64,000 nucleotides of DNA from Felis catus (taxonomy: Eukaryota): assembly GCF_018350175.1 (NCBI RefSeq), contig NC_058368.1, positions 37,512,001 to 37,576,000 on the forward strand. The letters run 5' to 3'. A model generated the notes under the pieces. The model saw only the letters and a program-made list of their open reading frames with translations. It did not search any database and was not told the origin of the DNA. The position numbers were made by a program, and so were the translations under genes. Position 1 is the first letter of the stretch; the number at the start of each line of letters is the position of its first letter. Positions 1 through 13,102 of the stretch are shown here, piece by piece.

Positions 1-499
1 CTAATGGAAATTGTTCTGCTTGTGATCTATTTCTCAGACTCTTCTTTGTTTGTTGTTTGTTTCCCGATGTGTTACCGGTCCTCAATGTACTTTTCTGTCC
101 ATGCTACTTTTTACCACGCTGGTCATTTTATTATGTAATTTCTAACTACATAGAAATCTCAATATCTGATTTCTCATATTTCAGTCTTTGCCAGTGACTT
201 CAACCATACATTGCCTATTCAGAAACTAGATGCTAATGAGATTTGGTTTTCCTTCTACTTGGATTCCGCTTATACCTGTCCAGTTGCCAAGAAAGCTGTG
301 TTTCTTTGAAGCCCTGGAAAAATAGATTTTGTGGGTAGCATAGAGGCCTGTAAAAGAACATGAATGGTATTCAATCTAAGCACAACTTCATAGTGTCTAT
401 ACTATATTTAACGTCATTCAACCAAAAGCTCTCCTTGTCCAGTGAAGTATGGGAATTTTGTATTTGAGCCATCATGCTTGGTGACATACACTTTTCTTT

Positions 500-990
500 C
501 AGCTGCCAAGGAGCATTTCTTGTGTGTCCCCTCTGTGACAGCAGCCTTGTCAGGCACAGAGATTCAGCCATAAATACTATATTGCTCTTATTTAAGCTGA
601 TCTCACAATGAGAGGCAGTTTTTTTTAATTAATTGCAATTTAGGCTTAAATGTATCTTAGAATTACGGGCTTATATGTAGATACTCAGTGAGGACAAATA
701 TAACGAGTGGGGACAGGCGTGGTAAAGAGAATTCCCCTTAACATTTTATTTGAATATCGGATGATGAAAAGGAACTCACTAGGCTGAGTCAGGGTGGTTT
801 GGGTCAGCAAGTAGAGAAGAAACATTACAGGCAAAGGACATAATGATATTTAAGGAGTCACTTACGAACATGGATTCTGAGTTAGGCCATTAACGAGCTC
901 TCTGACCTTGCTATCTCAATTTCCTTGCTTGTGCTATGAGGTGATGGGATAGGTGATCTCTAAAATCCAATTGTAACTGTATCACTCTTA
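500..990. mobile_element. Highly decayed L2 3' fragment and MIR-like remnant
   Basis: Purine-rich L2-like stretch, then MIR-core-like 'tctgaccttg...ctcaatttccttg...atgaggtgatgggataggtgatctctaa'. Weak similarity only. Confidence 0.35.
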
Positions 991-2389
991 CCAAGTCTAG
1001 ATGTTATTGTTTTGTGTTCTGAAAATGACCATGGCTTCATGTATTTATTATTATGACAGGGGAACTATTGATAGGACTCTGGTTTACTCAGAAGATTCCT
1101 TCTTTAGCGTATAGGTCATGATCAATAGGAGTAAATCTCTGACGAGAAACACAGTATGATTTTACCACGTAGAAAAATTTAATACACTTTATTTTAATTT
1201 CCATTATCTCTTTGAGATAATGCACATGGAATAAGTACATCATTAAAAAGGAAGATTTAAGTTGCAGGTGAGCTGAGAGTGTCAGAGACAAACTGCTCAG
1301 TCAACATTTGTTCAGAACCTTTTTCTTACTGTGAATGTGCAATAAGAAAAATGTATTTGCTCTCTGCCTATTAGTATGTATACAGAATAGTTCAGAGTAA
1401 TTATTGAAATTGCTGACACCTCAAGAGCCTGTGAATTGCTCAGAATGGTAAGAGATGATAATTTCTTTAGTCAGCTTATGACGTTTTGATATTTTTTTCA
1501 CCAAAATCCATTGCCACTTTATTATCGATGTAATGTAGTCATCATTAAGGAAATTGTAATGCCAAACACATCGTGAATCTATTGGCTTACACGCATTAAC
1601 AGGGACAATATTAAAGTCAAAATGATGTGCTTTATAGTTCATCTTTTGTCCTAGGTATTTATTTCTCCCTTTATGTCATCTCATTTCAGAAAAGTCTCCT
1701 GCAAGTCTCCTCCTACCCTTTATAGCTAAAGAAGAATGAGGTTTCTGAAAAATATGAGTTACTTAAATAATGTTAGTAAACTGCTCCGACCTTTCATTTT
1801 TTCTAAGCTTGGATTCCTAGTTTCTTTATTCAAAAACAGGTGATTAAAATCAACAAATGGCCTGAACACTTTGCTAGGACCATCACAATCCTGAGTTACT
1901 GGCTTCGCTGATACAAATTAGATAGCATTTCAGATTAGGTGAGGAGAATGCTAACCCGATGGTATTGCCATAGATATATATTCTTGTCCGGTTATCAGAA
2001 CCAGGAAACTTAGTTGAACATGAAAATTAATGTTGGAGATTAAGTCCCTTCCCCCGACTTTACCTTCTTGTCTTCAACTCAGCTGCAGGAAGAATGAATG
2101 CTGTCATGGATTTGTCAAATCAAAGAACACTAGACTTGCACTTTTTCATTATCAAAGCAGTGAAAGTCCAAATTTCATGGATGGTTTCCGGGGAAGAAAA
2201 ATCTCGTTTACTTCTCGTTTTTCCTGTCTCCTATCTTTATAGCCTCTGAGGAAGTCAAATATAGTAAGTACCACATTAGAGTTTGAGGCAAAACCAATAC
2301 AAACAAAATATGATCTTTTTCTTGCCTCACTCACTAGATAAGAGGTGACATTAAAGAAAGTGAGGGAGGTAGCAAACTGGTTTTTGAGG

Positions 2390-2600
2390 ACAGGTACTCC
2401 AGTTAGAAAAAGCAGAAGTGCAAATGCTTCAAGTCAGGAGTCTACCTGGTAAGTCTAACAATAGCAAGAGGCTAGCTCCCCTGCCCCCAGCCAGCCCTGG
2501 TGCCTGGGGAGAGCAAGAGGCAGGGAGAGAGGGGAGAGAGGGTAATGATGCTGGGTCACACAAGGTCATGCAGGCTATCCGAGGAGCTTTGCTTTTTTCA
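2390..2600 (-). mobile_element. LINE2 fragment
   Basis: 'aagtgcaaatgcttcaagtcaggagtctacctgg...aatagcaagaggctag' resembles antisense L2. Confidence 0.5.
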
Positions 2601-3068
2601 TTTACCTCCATGTTCTGACGCTAAATTCAGAATACACTCTTTACATTAGTACACGTTGTATCCACCCCTCCTTCATTTCTCTAAATGAAGAATTCTTTCA
2701 GGCCTTCTAAAACAACACTCAAGAGTCCATCATCTTAGTTCTTCACAGGGATGATAGCTGCTCAAATTGGCTATACATAATTAACCCAAATCTAAGTCTC
2801 CTTCTCTGGTCTTTTACGGAGGGAGAAAAAGAATGTTCTTAACTTTAGCCCACATGAGCGATCACGTTCTCAAACTTTTGGTCTGCTACAATTTGCTTTC
2901 CATTTATTTCCTAGAAATGACTCTTCCTGCTTTGTTTCAGAATGTAAAGAAGGTAATAAGAAGTGAGTGTTCTATATGAATAGCCTCCCAGTTTGAAGTC
3001 TGTTATCCTGAATGTAACTTAAGCTTTGTTTAAAAAAATTGATTTTGTAAATAGTATCCCTTTCCTTG

Positions 3069-3088
3069 TTTTAAGTTTATATATTTAC

Positions 3089-3123
<35 letters not shown>

Positions 3124-3135
3124 AGGGGAGGGTGA

Positions 3136-3181
<46 letters not shown>

Positions 3182-3306
3182 CCCAAGCAGGCTCCATGCT
3201 CAGAATGGAACCCAACACGGGGCTCGTTCTCACAAACCATGAATCATGACCTGAGCCAAAATCAAGAGTAAGATGTTTGACTGACAGAGCCACCCAGGTA
3301 CCCCCC
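3069..3306 (-). mobile_element. Can-SINE (feliform) with expanded (GA)n tracts
   Basis: Reverse-complement tRNA-like head, (CT)n linker and A-rich tail; flanking aaattgattt at 3036-3045 and 3307-3316. Confidence 0.93.
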
Positions 3307-4666
3307 AAATTGATTTCTTTAATATTGTTTATTATATAAGACTAATTTGTATAGCACAAAGCATTCAGTAGGAGGTACCAATGATAGTAGAGTTGGTGAA
3401 TACTTTTTTATGCTATATGTACATATACTTTTTCTTTAAAACCATTGTGTTTGGGTTTACAAACTTGGTAACTGCTTTTATTTCAAAATCTGTCCTTTAG
3501 TAACTATTGTTTTATTGATAGTGGAGTAATTTCACTTACCAGTGTATTCTAAATTACAGCCTCACCATCTTTACTTGGAATAGAAATAAAAATATTCTAA
3601 CCTGGGATGTCAAATGTATCAGAAAGACATTTAAAGATGTAAACTTTGAGGTTTATAAATTAAAAAGAAATGTGTGTTATTGGGGTACTGCTATTCACAC
3701 TTGCATGCATTATTTATCTGTTAAATAAGCCTATATGAAAAATACAAACCTTTGTTCCAATGTAATTTTTTCTAGGAAAAAAAAAAAGACAAATTCAAAG
3801 TAATGTACACTTCACATGACAGTCTAAAAAGAATACATTGCTATGACTGCTAGGCTAGGACTTACCCTGTAGCCTTTCAGACTTCTGTGTTTGCAAAATA
3901 CCTTTCCAGAATTTGAACATTACCCTCTTTCCTAGCACATATTCTCATAGACACAATTTCTGCAATTTACAATAACAGGATAATATTACCCAGACTTTGC
4001 TATTAATTAGAATGTTGCTTAGTAGAAAAGGTACATGACAAGCAGATTTTCTAAATTACAGTTAGAAGCCCCATTTATACAATTTTCCTTGAAAAAGTTA
4101 TGCATGCTTTTCCTCTGCCCATTAACTGTCATTCTTTCCATAAAGGCATGAAAGAAGTCAAGGTTTTCGTGTCACCTCTTTTAGCTGTCATGCTCACTTC
4201 TTTTGCAACAAAAGCAATTTAGGTGACTGTGCCTTACTAAAATTAGATGAACAAATAAGCATCTTTATAATCCCGAGATTCCTCATGAAAGCTTTCAGTA
4301 AAAGCCTTAGTATCTTCAATACTTACAATATTCAATGAAAAGCATCTATAGGAAATATCACCGCCCAGAATAACTCATTAACTACAAAAATGTATAATCA
4401 GAAGAAACAGTACACCAGTACCTCTCAATTGTTTAAAGTAGTCTGTGTATAAACTGTAATCTATGTATAAAATGTGGGTGCATATTATGCCGCTGCTCAA
4501 AAACAAAATGGAGACTTGTCACTTCCAAGTTCAACTGGTATGGTGACTATGGACTCTATCCTGTGCATCTTTGTGGAATGATTTTCTTACATACATTATC
4601 AAAGCGTTCATAGTGTAATAAGTCTACAGCATAGAAGAAGAAAGAGGTCACAGAAAAACATTCACA

Positions 4667-4889
4667 GGGGCGCCTGGGTAGCTCAGGCCGTTAGCCCTGG
4701 GACTTCGGCTCAGATCACAATCTTGCAGTTCATGCGTTGGAACCCCACATCGGGCTCTGTGCTGACAGCTCAGAGCCTGGAGCTTGCTTTAGATTCTGTG
4801 TGTCCCTCTCCCTCTCTCTGCCCCTCCCCACTCACACTCTCTCTGTGTCTCTCAAAAATAAACAAACATTAAAAAATTTATTTAAAAAA
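4667..4889 (+). mobile_element. Can-SINE (feliform)
   Basis: ggggcgcctgggtagctcag head, gctgacagctcagagcctgg body, CT-rich linker, A-rich tail. Confidence 0.95.
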
Positions 4890-6733
4890 CCCATTGTATT
4901 AGATATTCTGTTCTGAAAAGCTGTGTATATTGAATTTTAAGTTACTTCTCAATTCCCCAATATAAATTAAGACATATTAATTTTCCAGTGTATATCTTTA
5001 ACAAGAATCATATGCATCTTATTTTCTCAAAATTTCTATCCAGTTATTTCAGTATTTTGTTATTTGAAGTGTTTTCTTTATACTGGATTCTTCTTTAAGA
5101 AGTCCTTTCCTATCCCAAGACAATAAAGATACTACCATATTCTTATTTCCCCATAGTTTTTAAAATGTTTACTGCTGATATTTAAATCTTAAATCCATCT
5201 ACAATTTCCTTCAATGTTTGGCATGTATTATATAATTAACTTTATGTTTTCTACATAAGGTGTATGGCTTCCCCAAAGTCTTCTACTGATTGGTGGTTCA
5301 ACCTCTATCATATGCCTTTCATTATCTTTTCTTTCTTTCAACAAATATTTAATAATCACTGTTAGAAGTCCTGGACATATAGCTAGGGTCAAAGTCCCTG
5401 CCCTAACCCTACATTTTTTATGATAATAATATAGTAATAATCAGCAATATTTTTTCCAGCAGAAGGGTGAAACACTAATCAAATAAAAGAAGCTATGAGA
5501 ATTAAAAGCTCAATAACAATATACAGGAAAGTAAGGATATTTCTGAACTCTATATTTCTAAAATATAGTTTATTGATTTACCTCTTCTTCTGTATATAAT
5601 TATTGCTATATTTATGCCAGACAAAATTCATGACATATAGGGCATCTACTCCATCTTTGAACCTCTTTTCAATTTGTTTTGGTATTTATTGATATTTATT
5701 CTTCCATATGAATTTTAGTATGAGTTTCATGAAATATAAAAATAAATATTTGGAATTCCATTTGAAATTGTATTAAATTTATAGTTTATTCTAAGAACCT
5801 TAACATATTTTTAAGTTTTTCCATCTATGAACTTGACATATCTTCCTGTTTATCTAGATCCTTTAAAATTTACATCTAATAGTTTTGAAATCTTTTACAA
5901 AAATATCTCTTATTAGTTGCTACCTGAAGTTATTTCTACATTTTCTAGTTACTATTGCTCATGTGCCCAAACTATTTTATTTTTCAAAGAGATCTCCTCT
6001 ATCTGGCAAATTTTATGAACACTCTTACTAGTTCTGGTGATTTGTTAACTCAAATAGGATTTTTACCTGAGTGAGCACATGTCCTATTGTGGGTTGATAA
6101 TTTAGCTATTAAGTTGAGCAGTAAAAACGAGACCAAGTTAATGATGTTTGTGTGCCTTATTGTGTCTCAGATGTTCCATTATGGCTCTTCAAATTTCTAA
6201 GTATTTCTTATGTCAGTTTTGATCATTTGTGGTTTCAAGTTATTTATCTACTTCATTTAGATTGTCAGATTTATAGGCAGAAATATTATGTTATCATTTT
6301 GATTGGTATAGGATATTGAAGAGTGCCCCTTTTCTTTGTCTGATCTTGGTAATTTATCTTCACTCCCATTTTAAGTTGATCAGTCAAATTAAAGGTTTAT
6401 AAACATTATTGATCTTTTTAATGTAACCACTTTGGTTTCATTGATTTTCTCCATTGATAGGCCATCTTCTATTTCATTGATCTCTGTTCTTATGTCTAAT
6501 TCTTCCTTTTGGGTATAATTTTCTCTTCTTTCTCTAGACATTTATAGTGGAGGCTTAGGTTTCTGATTCTAGACTTTTCTTGTTTTCTAATATAAACTTT
6601 AAAAGCTGTAAGTATCCCTCTGGAAATGCTTCAGCTGCACCACACAAATTTTGATATCCTTTGTTTTAATTTTAATGTAATTAAAATTATGAGCCAGATA
6701 CGTGTATTTTTATGTTTCTAAATATTATTATTT

Positions 6734-6788
6734 ATATTATTATTAATATATATTATATTGTATATATAATATATATTAATAATAATAT
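6734..6788. repeat. AT-only perfect inverted repeat (25-bp arms, 5-nt loop)
   Basis: 6734-6758 atattattattaatatatattatat is the exact reverse complement of 6764-6788; loop tgtat. Confidence 0.95.
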
Positions 6789-7144
6789 GTATTATTAATA
6801 GAATTATTAACATGATTCTATTGTGATCCAATACTATAATATGTATAATTTAATATTCTTTAAATTTACTGTGATTTCTATTATGACCCATCATATTTGT
6901 CTCCATTGATAAAGTTCCATGTTCCTTGGGAAAGAATAAATGTTTATGTTTAGTGTAATTCTGGATGTGGTTATGCAATTTAGTTGTAATATCTTGGTAA
7001 GTGTTTTTGTCTCATTCTTTGTTTTTTTCTCTTTTTCTGCCATCTTTTGGATGGAGTATTTCTAGCATTCATCTTATTATTTCTATTTGTTTATTTTATC
7101 TTTCTGGGTTTTTGTGTGTGTGTGTGTGTGTGGGTTCTCTAAGG

Positions 7145-7286
7145 CAGTGATACATATGAGAACATTCAATGATAATGGAAATGTTTTAAAATGCAAGTGT
7201 CCAGTTCAGGATTGTAATTTAAGTTAATTAATTTAAATTAAATTTACATTCCTACGTGTAGCTAGTGACTATTGCATAGAGTGCAA
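7145..7286 (+). mobile_element. MER3-like hAT-Charlie MITE (internally deleted)
   Basis: 'gaacattcaatgataatggaaatgtt...aattaatttaaatt...cgtgtagctagtgacta' matches the MER3 layout as I recall it. Confidence 0.65.
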
Positions 7287-7405
7287 TTCCAGGGTTTATA
7301 AGTATGTATCTTTTAACTCATTATAGTCTCCCATAAAGTGTATTATATATTTTACCTATCACTAAGACTCTTAAAATTGTATAAGTGCATTTTTCCCATG
7401 TCCCA

Positions 7406-8455
7406 TGTGTTAGGGTTCTCTAGAAAAACAGAATCAATAGGAGATACACACATATACATGTGTGTTTATATATATATATATATTTATTATATTTGTATAT
7501 ATGATATAAAATTCTATATATATTATATATACATATATATATTTTTAAGAGGGATTGGGAGTGAGCAGGGGAGGGGCAGAGAGAGAGAGGGAGAGAGAGA
7601 ATCTTAAGTAGCCTCCATGCCTAGCACTGAGCCTGACATGGGGCTCATTTGATCTCATAACCTTGAGATCATGACCTGAGTTGAAATCAAGAGTTGGATG
7701 TTTAACCAACTGAGCCAGCTAGGCACCCCTATTATATGTGCTTTTAATGTTAAGTATTCTTTTTATTGTACGATATAAATAGTTGCACTTCTAAATTTTA
7801 AGATGAATGCTTTAGATATATTCCACAATAAAAGCATTATAAAATATGCACAGTTTTTCTTGATTCATTATTAATCTCAACAGTATGATTTTAAGGTAAA
7901 TACACACATTTCCATATAGTAAAATACCTATAAAATGCACATATATGTACATATTGGGTTACTGTGATGTTTTGAATTCAATATTTATCAATTCTAAGTG
8001 CTAGAAAAATTTTGTTCCACTATAAATCTGTCAACACACTCTATATATATGAGAGAGATTTATATATTATGAGGAATTCACTCACACTGTTATGGAATCT
8101 AAGAAGTCTCACAATCTGCCATCTGCAAATTGGTGACCCAGGAAACGCAATGGTGTAATTCAGTCTGAGTCTGAAGGCAAGAAAAGAGGAGAGGAGATGA
8201 AATGTTCCAGCTCAAGTAGAAAGGCAGGGGGGGAAAAAAAAGAGGTGAATTCCTCTTTCCTTTTCCTTTTGTTCTATTCAGATCATCAATGGATTACATG
8301 ATGCCCCTCCCCCACAGTGGGGAGAGCACTCTACCTAGTCCGCTGATTCAAATGCTAATCTCATCCAGAAACAGCCTCGCAGATATATCCAGAAATAATT
8401 TTTAATCTGGGCACCCTGTGGCCAATCAAACTGACACGTAGAATTAACTATCACA
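7406..8455 (-). mobile_element. MLT2 (ERVL) solo LTR, interrupted by a SINE and an AT-rich insert
   Basis: Begins 'tgtgttagggttctctagaaaaacagaatcaatagga' and ends 'aaactgacacgtagaattaactatcaca', the reverse complement of MLT2 termini. Confidence 0.88.
7541..7729 (-). mobile_element. Can-SINE
   Basis: Antisense head 'ccaactgagccagctaggcacccc' and GA-rich linker. Confidence 0.93.
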
Positions 8456-8689
8456 TTCATCTTTTGTGCTATAATTATAATTCATTTTATTTCCGCATAT
8501 CTTTAAAAAGTCCACAATGCATCGGTGTTCTTTTTTGTAAAAAATATAAAATTATCGATTGTAGAAATTAATAGAAGGGAAAATATCGTTTATATTCACC
8601 CATAAATACTATTTCTGTTACTGGTGAATATTTTTGATTAGTTTGGAATTCTTGTTTTAGATTTTGTTTTCTTTTAGTATACTAATGCC

Positions 8690-10230
8690 TGTGGTAGGGT
8701 TTGGTAGAGGTTACAAGTATAGATGATACAGGTAGGGTGGATTTTAATAGAGGCTTGAGTTTAGTCAAAAGTTTGACACATAGTCGTTTAAAGAAAGGGA
8801 GCTGTAGATAGAGGGGACATTTTGAATGGATATCTAGGGGAAGAATTGACTAGGCAAAGGAAAAACCTAGAGCAAATAGCAGGGATGACAATTCACCTAA
8901 AATTGAATGAGTAAAGCAGTGTCAGAAGAGGAAGTCAGGGCACCGCAGGTCATTCAGAGACCTGTCAGCTTTTTTAAAACATTAGCTTCTATTCTGAGTG
9001 AAATGGGGAACTGTTTCAGACTTTAAAGCAGAGTTAAACACAGAACACAGACACAGACACACATGAAATGATAAGTTTCAAAATAAATACTTGGTAACAA
9101 AAAACTGTTAAGGTCCGGGAATGGAAGGAAGGAGACCATTAGGACAAGAGATGATGGTGACTCAGACAAGGGTGATAGCAATGGACATAGTGAGCAATGG
9201 ATAGATTTCGGATATACACTTAAGGATTTCCTGGTAGATTTTATGTGAGGTGTGGAAGGAGAGAAGCAAGTGGAAGGATGGAGTATCCATCAAGTTGGGC
9301 AAGATAAGAGAATAAGGAGTTTTGGGGAAATCAGATGATCAGTTTGGACATAATAAGTTTAAGATGTGTATTGACATCTTAGGAAATATGAAGTTAGCAG
9401 GCGATGTAAGTGTGGTGTTTGGGAGGGGAGTGTCTGATGGTATAAATGTAGGTGTAACTGTATAAATTGTATTTAAGCTCTGACGATGAATTCTGCCTTG
9501 GACTTTGGCATAGACAGAAAAGCAACGAATATCAAAGACCAATACCTGGGAGCACTCTGACTTAAAAAGAAAAGTTAGTCGCAGCAAAGTAGTTTAAGGA
9601 GAGACCAGTGAGTTAGGAGTTCAACCACAAGCTGCAGCTTGGTCAAAAATAAGGACTGAGGGTTGACTCTGAGATTTGGCATCTAGGAAATGTATTTTGA
9701 AAAGGTGAAATTAATTAGAGCAATTTCAGAGAAACAGTAAGGGTGAAACCTGATTGGCATGGATTTAAGAGGGAATGAGAGGAAGGATGTTGTAAATCAT
9801 AAGTGATGCCAACTCTGTAGGACTTTTGCTCAAACCGGGAGGAGAATTGGATTTGGAAAAGCTGAGGAATATGCTGTTAAGGTTTTTGTTTAAAGATGGG
9901 AAAAATATCAGCATTTTTAAATGTTCATTTATTTATTTTGAAAGAGAGAGAGAGAAAGAATAAGTGGGAGAGAGGCAGAGGGAAAAATACCAAGCAGGCT
10001 CCACGCTCACAGCTCCAGACGCGGGGCTCGAACTCATGAACTGTGATATCATGACCTGAGCCAAAATCAAGATTTGGATGCTTAACCAACTGAGTCACCC
10101 AGGCACCCCAAAATATCATCATTTTGAATGCTTTATGGGTAATGTTTATGGGCAAAAACATGATGGTGCAGGAAAGAGAAGAGTAATTGTCAGAGATATG
10201 TCTTCAAGTAGTGAAGAAGGAATGTGATCT
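8690..10230 (-). mobile_element. LINE2 fragment (interrupted by a SINE)
   Basis: Purine-rich antisense L2 motifs 'ttctattctgagtgaaatgggga', 'gatgatggtgactcagacaagggtgatagca', 'ttgggaggggagtg'. Confidence 0.8.
9918..10109 (-). mobile_element. Can-SINE
   Basis: TSD aaaatatca(g/t)catttt at 9902-9917 and 10110-10125. Confidence 0.95.
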
Positions 10231-11479
10231 AATGCACAAGTGGTGTACTTTGAGGGAGGTTTAAAAGCCCACACCTAAGCCTCTGTCCTAATTTGAATTC
10301 AGTTTGTTGGTTGGGGTGGTGCCTCAGGGCAAAGTCCTTTGAATATTACAGTCTGTTCCTGTTGGACCCCATTCCCACAAGGTATTCTTTTTTTTGGGGG
10401 GGGTGGGTTCTTGGCACTACTAATTTATAATAAGCACCTTTTAATTTTTTATCACCTTTTGTTTAAACCAGCTATAAGTAAATGTGTGATGAGAGGATTA
10501 AGTGAGACAATACCCAGTGGCTAGCCCATCTGACTAGACCCACCTATTCCACTCTGCCTGCCACCCTAGTAAGGTCTGGCATGAACTTGCATTATGTTTA
10601 CACTATGACTCTGGTGGACTTTTTAAAAACTTTTTTCTGACTTGCAGGAGAGGTAGGATATTAATCATCCATTCAAGAAAATGGGCACACTAATAAAATT
10701 CTCCCCATGTCTATTCATGGCCTGCTAACCAGACCTTCTTTAGAATAACTGCAAGTAATTTTTGCCAGAAATTTGCCTGTTTGTATTCTAGTTGCTTGGA
10801 TTCTTAATCTTCCTATAATTCTTGAAGCACCTCCATGCTGAGTTGTGGATAATTCAGCAATAGCTTATGTAATTTCTTTTATTATACGTACATAAATTTT
10901 AAACACTGGAGAGGGATCCTTAAATCCTTAGTTCCCATTCCAATATATTCAGAATAATTTATATTTCCCTGTTAAATATAAAATAAATTAATTAAGCAAA
11001 ATCTTGTCTCATTTTTATTCAAATTTGTGGCAATAAAGGTTTCTGGTACATAATAATTTCATTCCATTTCCTTTCATCAAGCTTGCACAAGTGATATTCA
11101 AATAAACAGTGCTAAACCTTTGGAAAGTACCCACTCACACCTACAACGTTTTGGAGAAAGTGAAAATTCTAATTTTATATGAAAATGCTAGATTTTTTAG
11201 TGTTGCTAATTTGATTCTACTTCCTGTAAAACTTCCTTATTAGTTATTACAGCTTCTAAGTGATGCGACTTTCAAAGTATTTTCCTGGAACTTGATCTAA
11301 GCTGGATGATAAAGAACGGACATTGTTTAGTATGACTATTCAAACGGGCTTTGGATGTTTTCATTTGGGTGGACTATGAAACCAAACAAACAATCTGTGG
11401 AAGAATATGCCAGAATTAAGGGGAAGGTGGTAGGTGCAGCACCAGTGCTTCCTCGATCTGCTCAAGGGATTTATAGAGC

Positions 11480-11640
11480 AGTCACAAATGCAATCACATT
11501 TTCTGCCTTCCCTTTCTTACACTAAGTCTAGCCATTGCTGGAGGTTGTTCCTTCGCCATGGTAACTGTTACCTTGGAGACTGCCAATATCATCCCTGATG
11601 GAACCTCCATCTGCTGGCACCGTCCCTCCAGTCTGAGCCT
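11480..11640. promoter_or_regulatory. Candidate enhancer/insulator: tandem RFX X-boxes plus a CTCF-like motif
   Basis: ttcgccatggtaac (11552-11565), gttaccttggagac (11567-11580), tgccaa NFI half-site (11581-11586); 11604-11618 reads gccagcagatggagg on the minus strand. Locally higher GC, unique sequence. Confidence 0.55.
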
Positions 11641-12049
11641 TCACAGGAGCTCACTTATGAGGGAGGAGATTTTCACTGGTGATCATTGAAAACTCTTTTA
11701 GGGAATGTTAAGTAGAATACAACCGGATGATCGTAGTACCTAAAATCTAGATTCACATGTTCGTTATTTTTCATTATTTTTTTTACTAGGAGATTTGGGG
11801 GTTTAGTTTTATTTTGCAAATACATGTATCTAAGCTTCGTACCTGGTATATCGGGGTTTGCTGTTGTTGGGCTGAGGATTTTTTTTACTTTGAAACAACC
11901 CATATATTGTTCTAGAGTATGTTAGAGGTATAAACAACTGAATAATGTCATTGGTTATACTTAATAACTTTCTAGAGCAATATTCCTTAAACTGTCTCTC
12001 ATAAAGTACTAGTTACCCCCCCATTCATTACAAATAAAAACTTTTGTAA

Positions 12050-12150
12050 AATGCAATATTATATATATATATCATATATATATTTATGTTATATATATTT
12101 ATACATAATATATAATTGTATTCTATAATATGTATATATATATAATTACT
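12050..12150. repeat. (TA)n low-complexity tract
   Basis: Nearly pure A/T dinucleotide run. Confidence 0.85.
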
Positions 12151-13102
12151 AGAAAAATGAAAAAAGGCATAGAGAATATAAACACTATTTTTACTGTTAA
12201 ATTCAACAAATATGCAACTGCTTTGACATTTGCTCTAAAGTTTCTGAACACTTTTAATTAATGTACTGTCTCCTCTTAAACTATTATTCAACAGCTCAGG
12301 GATGAAAACTGGTCTTCTGGCCTTACTATGGTTAGTCCTGTTCTAAATGTGCGTTTACTTATCCATCAAATAGATAGAATATTACTGTTCCTCCCTATTC
12401 AGGGGCTCAAAGAGATAATAGTAAGCTAGAGAGAGATGTGAAGCCTTTAAGATAAAAATAAGTATTCATCTTTGCATTTCTTCAATGACTAGCAAAGTGA
12501 CAAGTATATGAAATGAAACAGGCACTGTTTTTGAAATTTAAATTAGAAACGTTCAAGGGTATTCTGGTGCATTTTGTTTATCTGTGTAAAGAATTTTCAG
12601 TGATTTTTTTTCCAAACTGTCAGATGTCACACTGGAGTTCTGCCATCAACATGTAACACTCAGCAAGCTAGCGATGACAATCCAAGATGTTAACCACAAA
12701 GCAGACCTGACTGGCATAAAAATATTGACCTCCCACTATACTTTCTAAGAAGAATGAATAGAATTACCCCTGAATTGCTGTGTTATATCATCCATAGTTA
12801 GTTGAGTGGAAGGCAGGGAAATAAAAAAAAATTAATTATTTTTTTAGAGGAGGAAAGCTATAATTTCTTTTTACATAAGAAGAAAATAGAGCTTTATTTA
12901 ATGAAAATTAATGCAAGGAAATGCTGAATTCGTCTATCATTCTGAATGAAAATTTAAAGGCTTTTCAAATCAAAGAAACCTATAGAAGGCTGAAATATAG
13001 GTAGTGATTTAATTTTTGATCCTCAAAAATGCTACAATAGAAATATGACTTTAAAAATGAATTTAAGTGTTTTTACATCTGAAAAAATAGCCTAGAGATT
13101 TA

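Larger units (their letters stand above)
4900..7405 (-). mobile_element. Old L1M ORF2 remnants (fragmented; probably continues at ~8456-8620)
   Basis: T-rich antisense L1 signatures such as 'aagaagtcctttcctatcccaaga' and 'gcttcagctgcaccacacaaattttgata'. Confidence 0.7.

Noticed and set aside
1375..1453. Possible exon ending at gaatg|gtaaga
   Set aside because: The plausible upstream acceptors give stops in all frames or an unrecognisable 17-aa peptide.
3036..3070. 3' transduction by the SINE at 3069-3306
   Set aside because: The extra ~20 nt can be explained by a decayed TSD and a degenerate A tail.
3026..3308. ER-repeat and LS-repeat ORFs
   Set aside because: They come from the (GA)n linker of a SINE.
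3859..3965. Minus-strand exon with a perfect cagg|gtaagt donor
   Set aside because: All three frames from the nearest acceptor contain stops.
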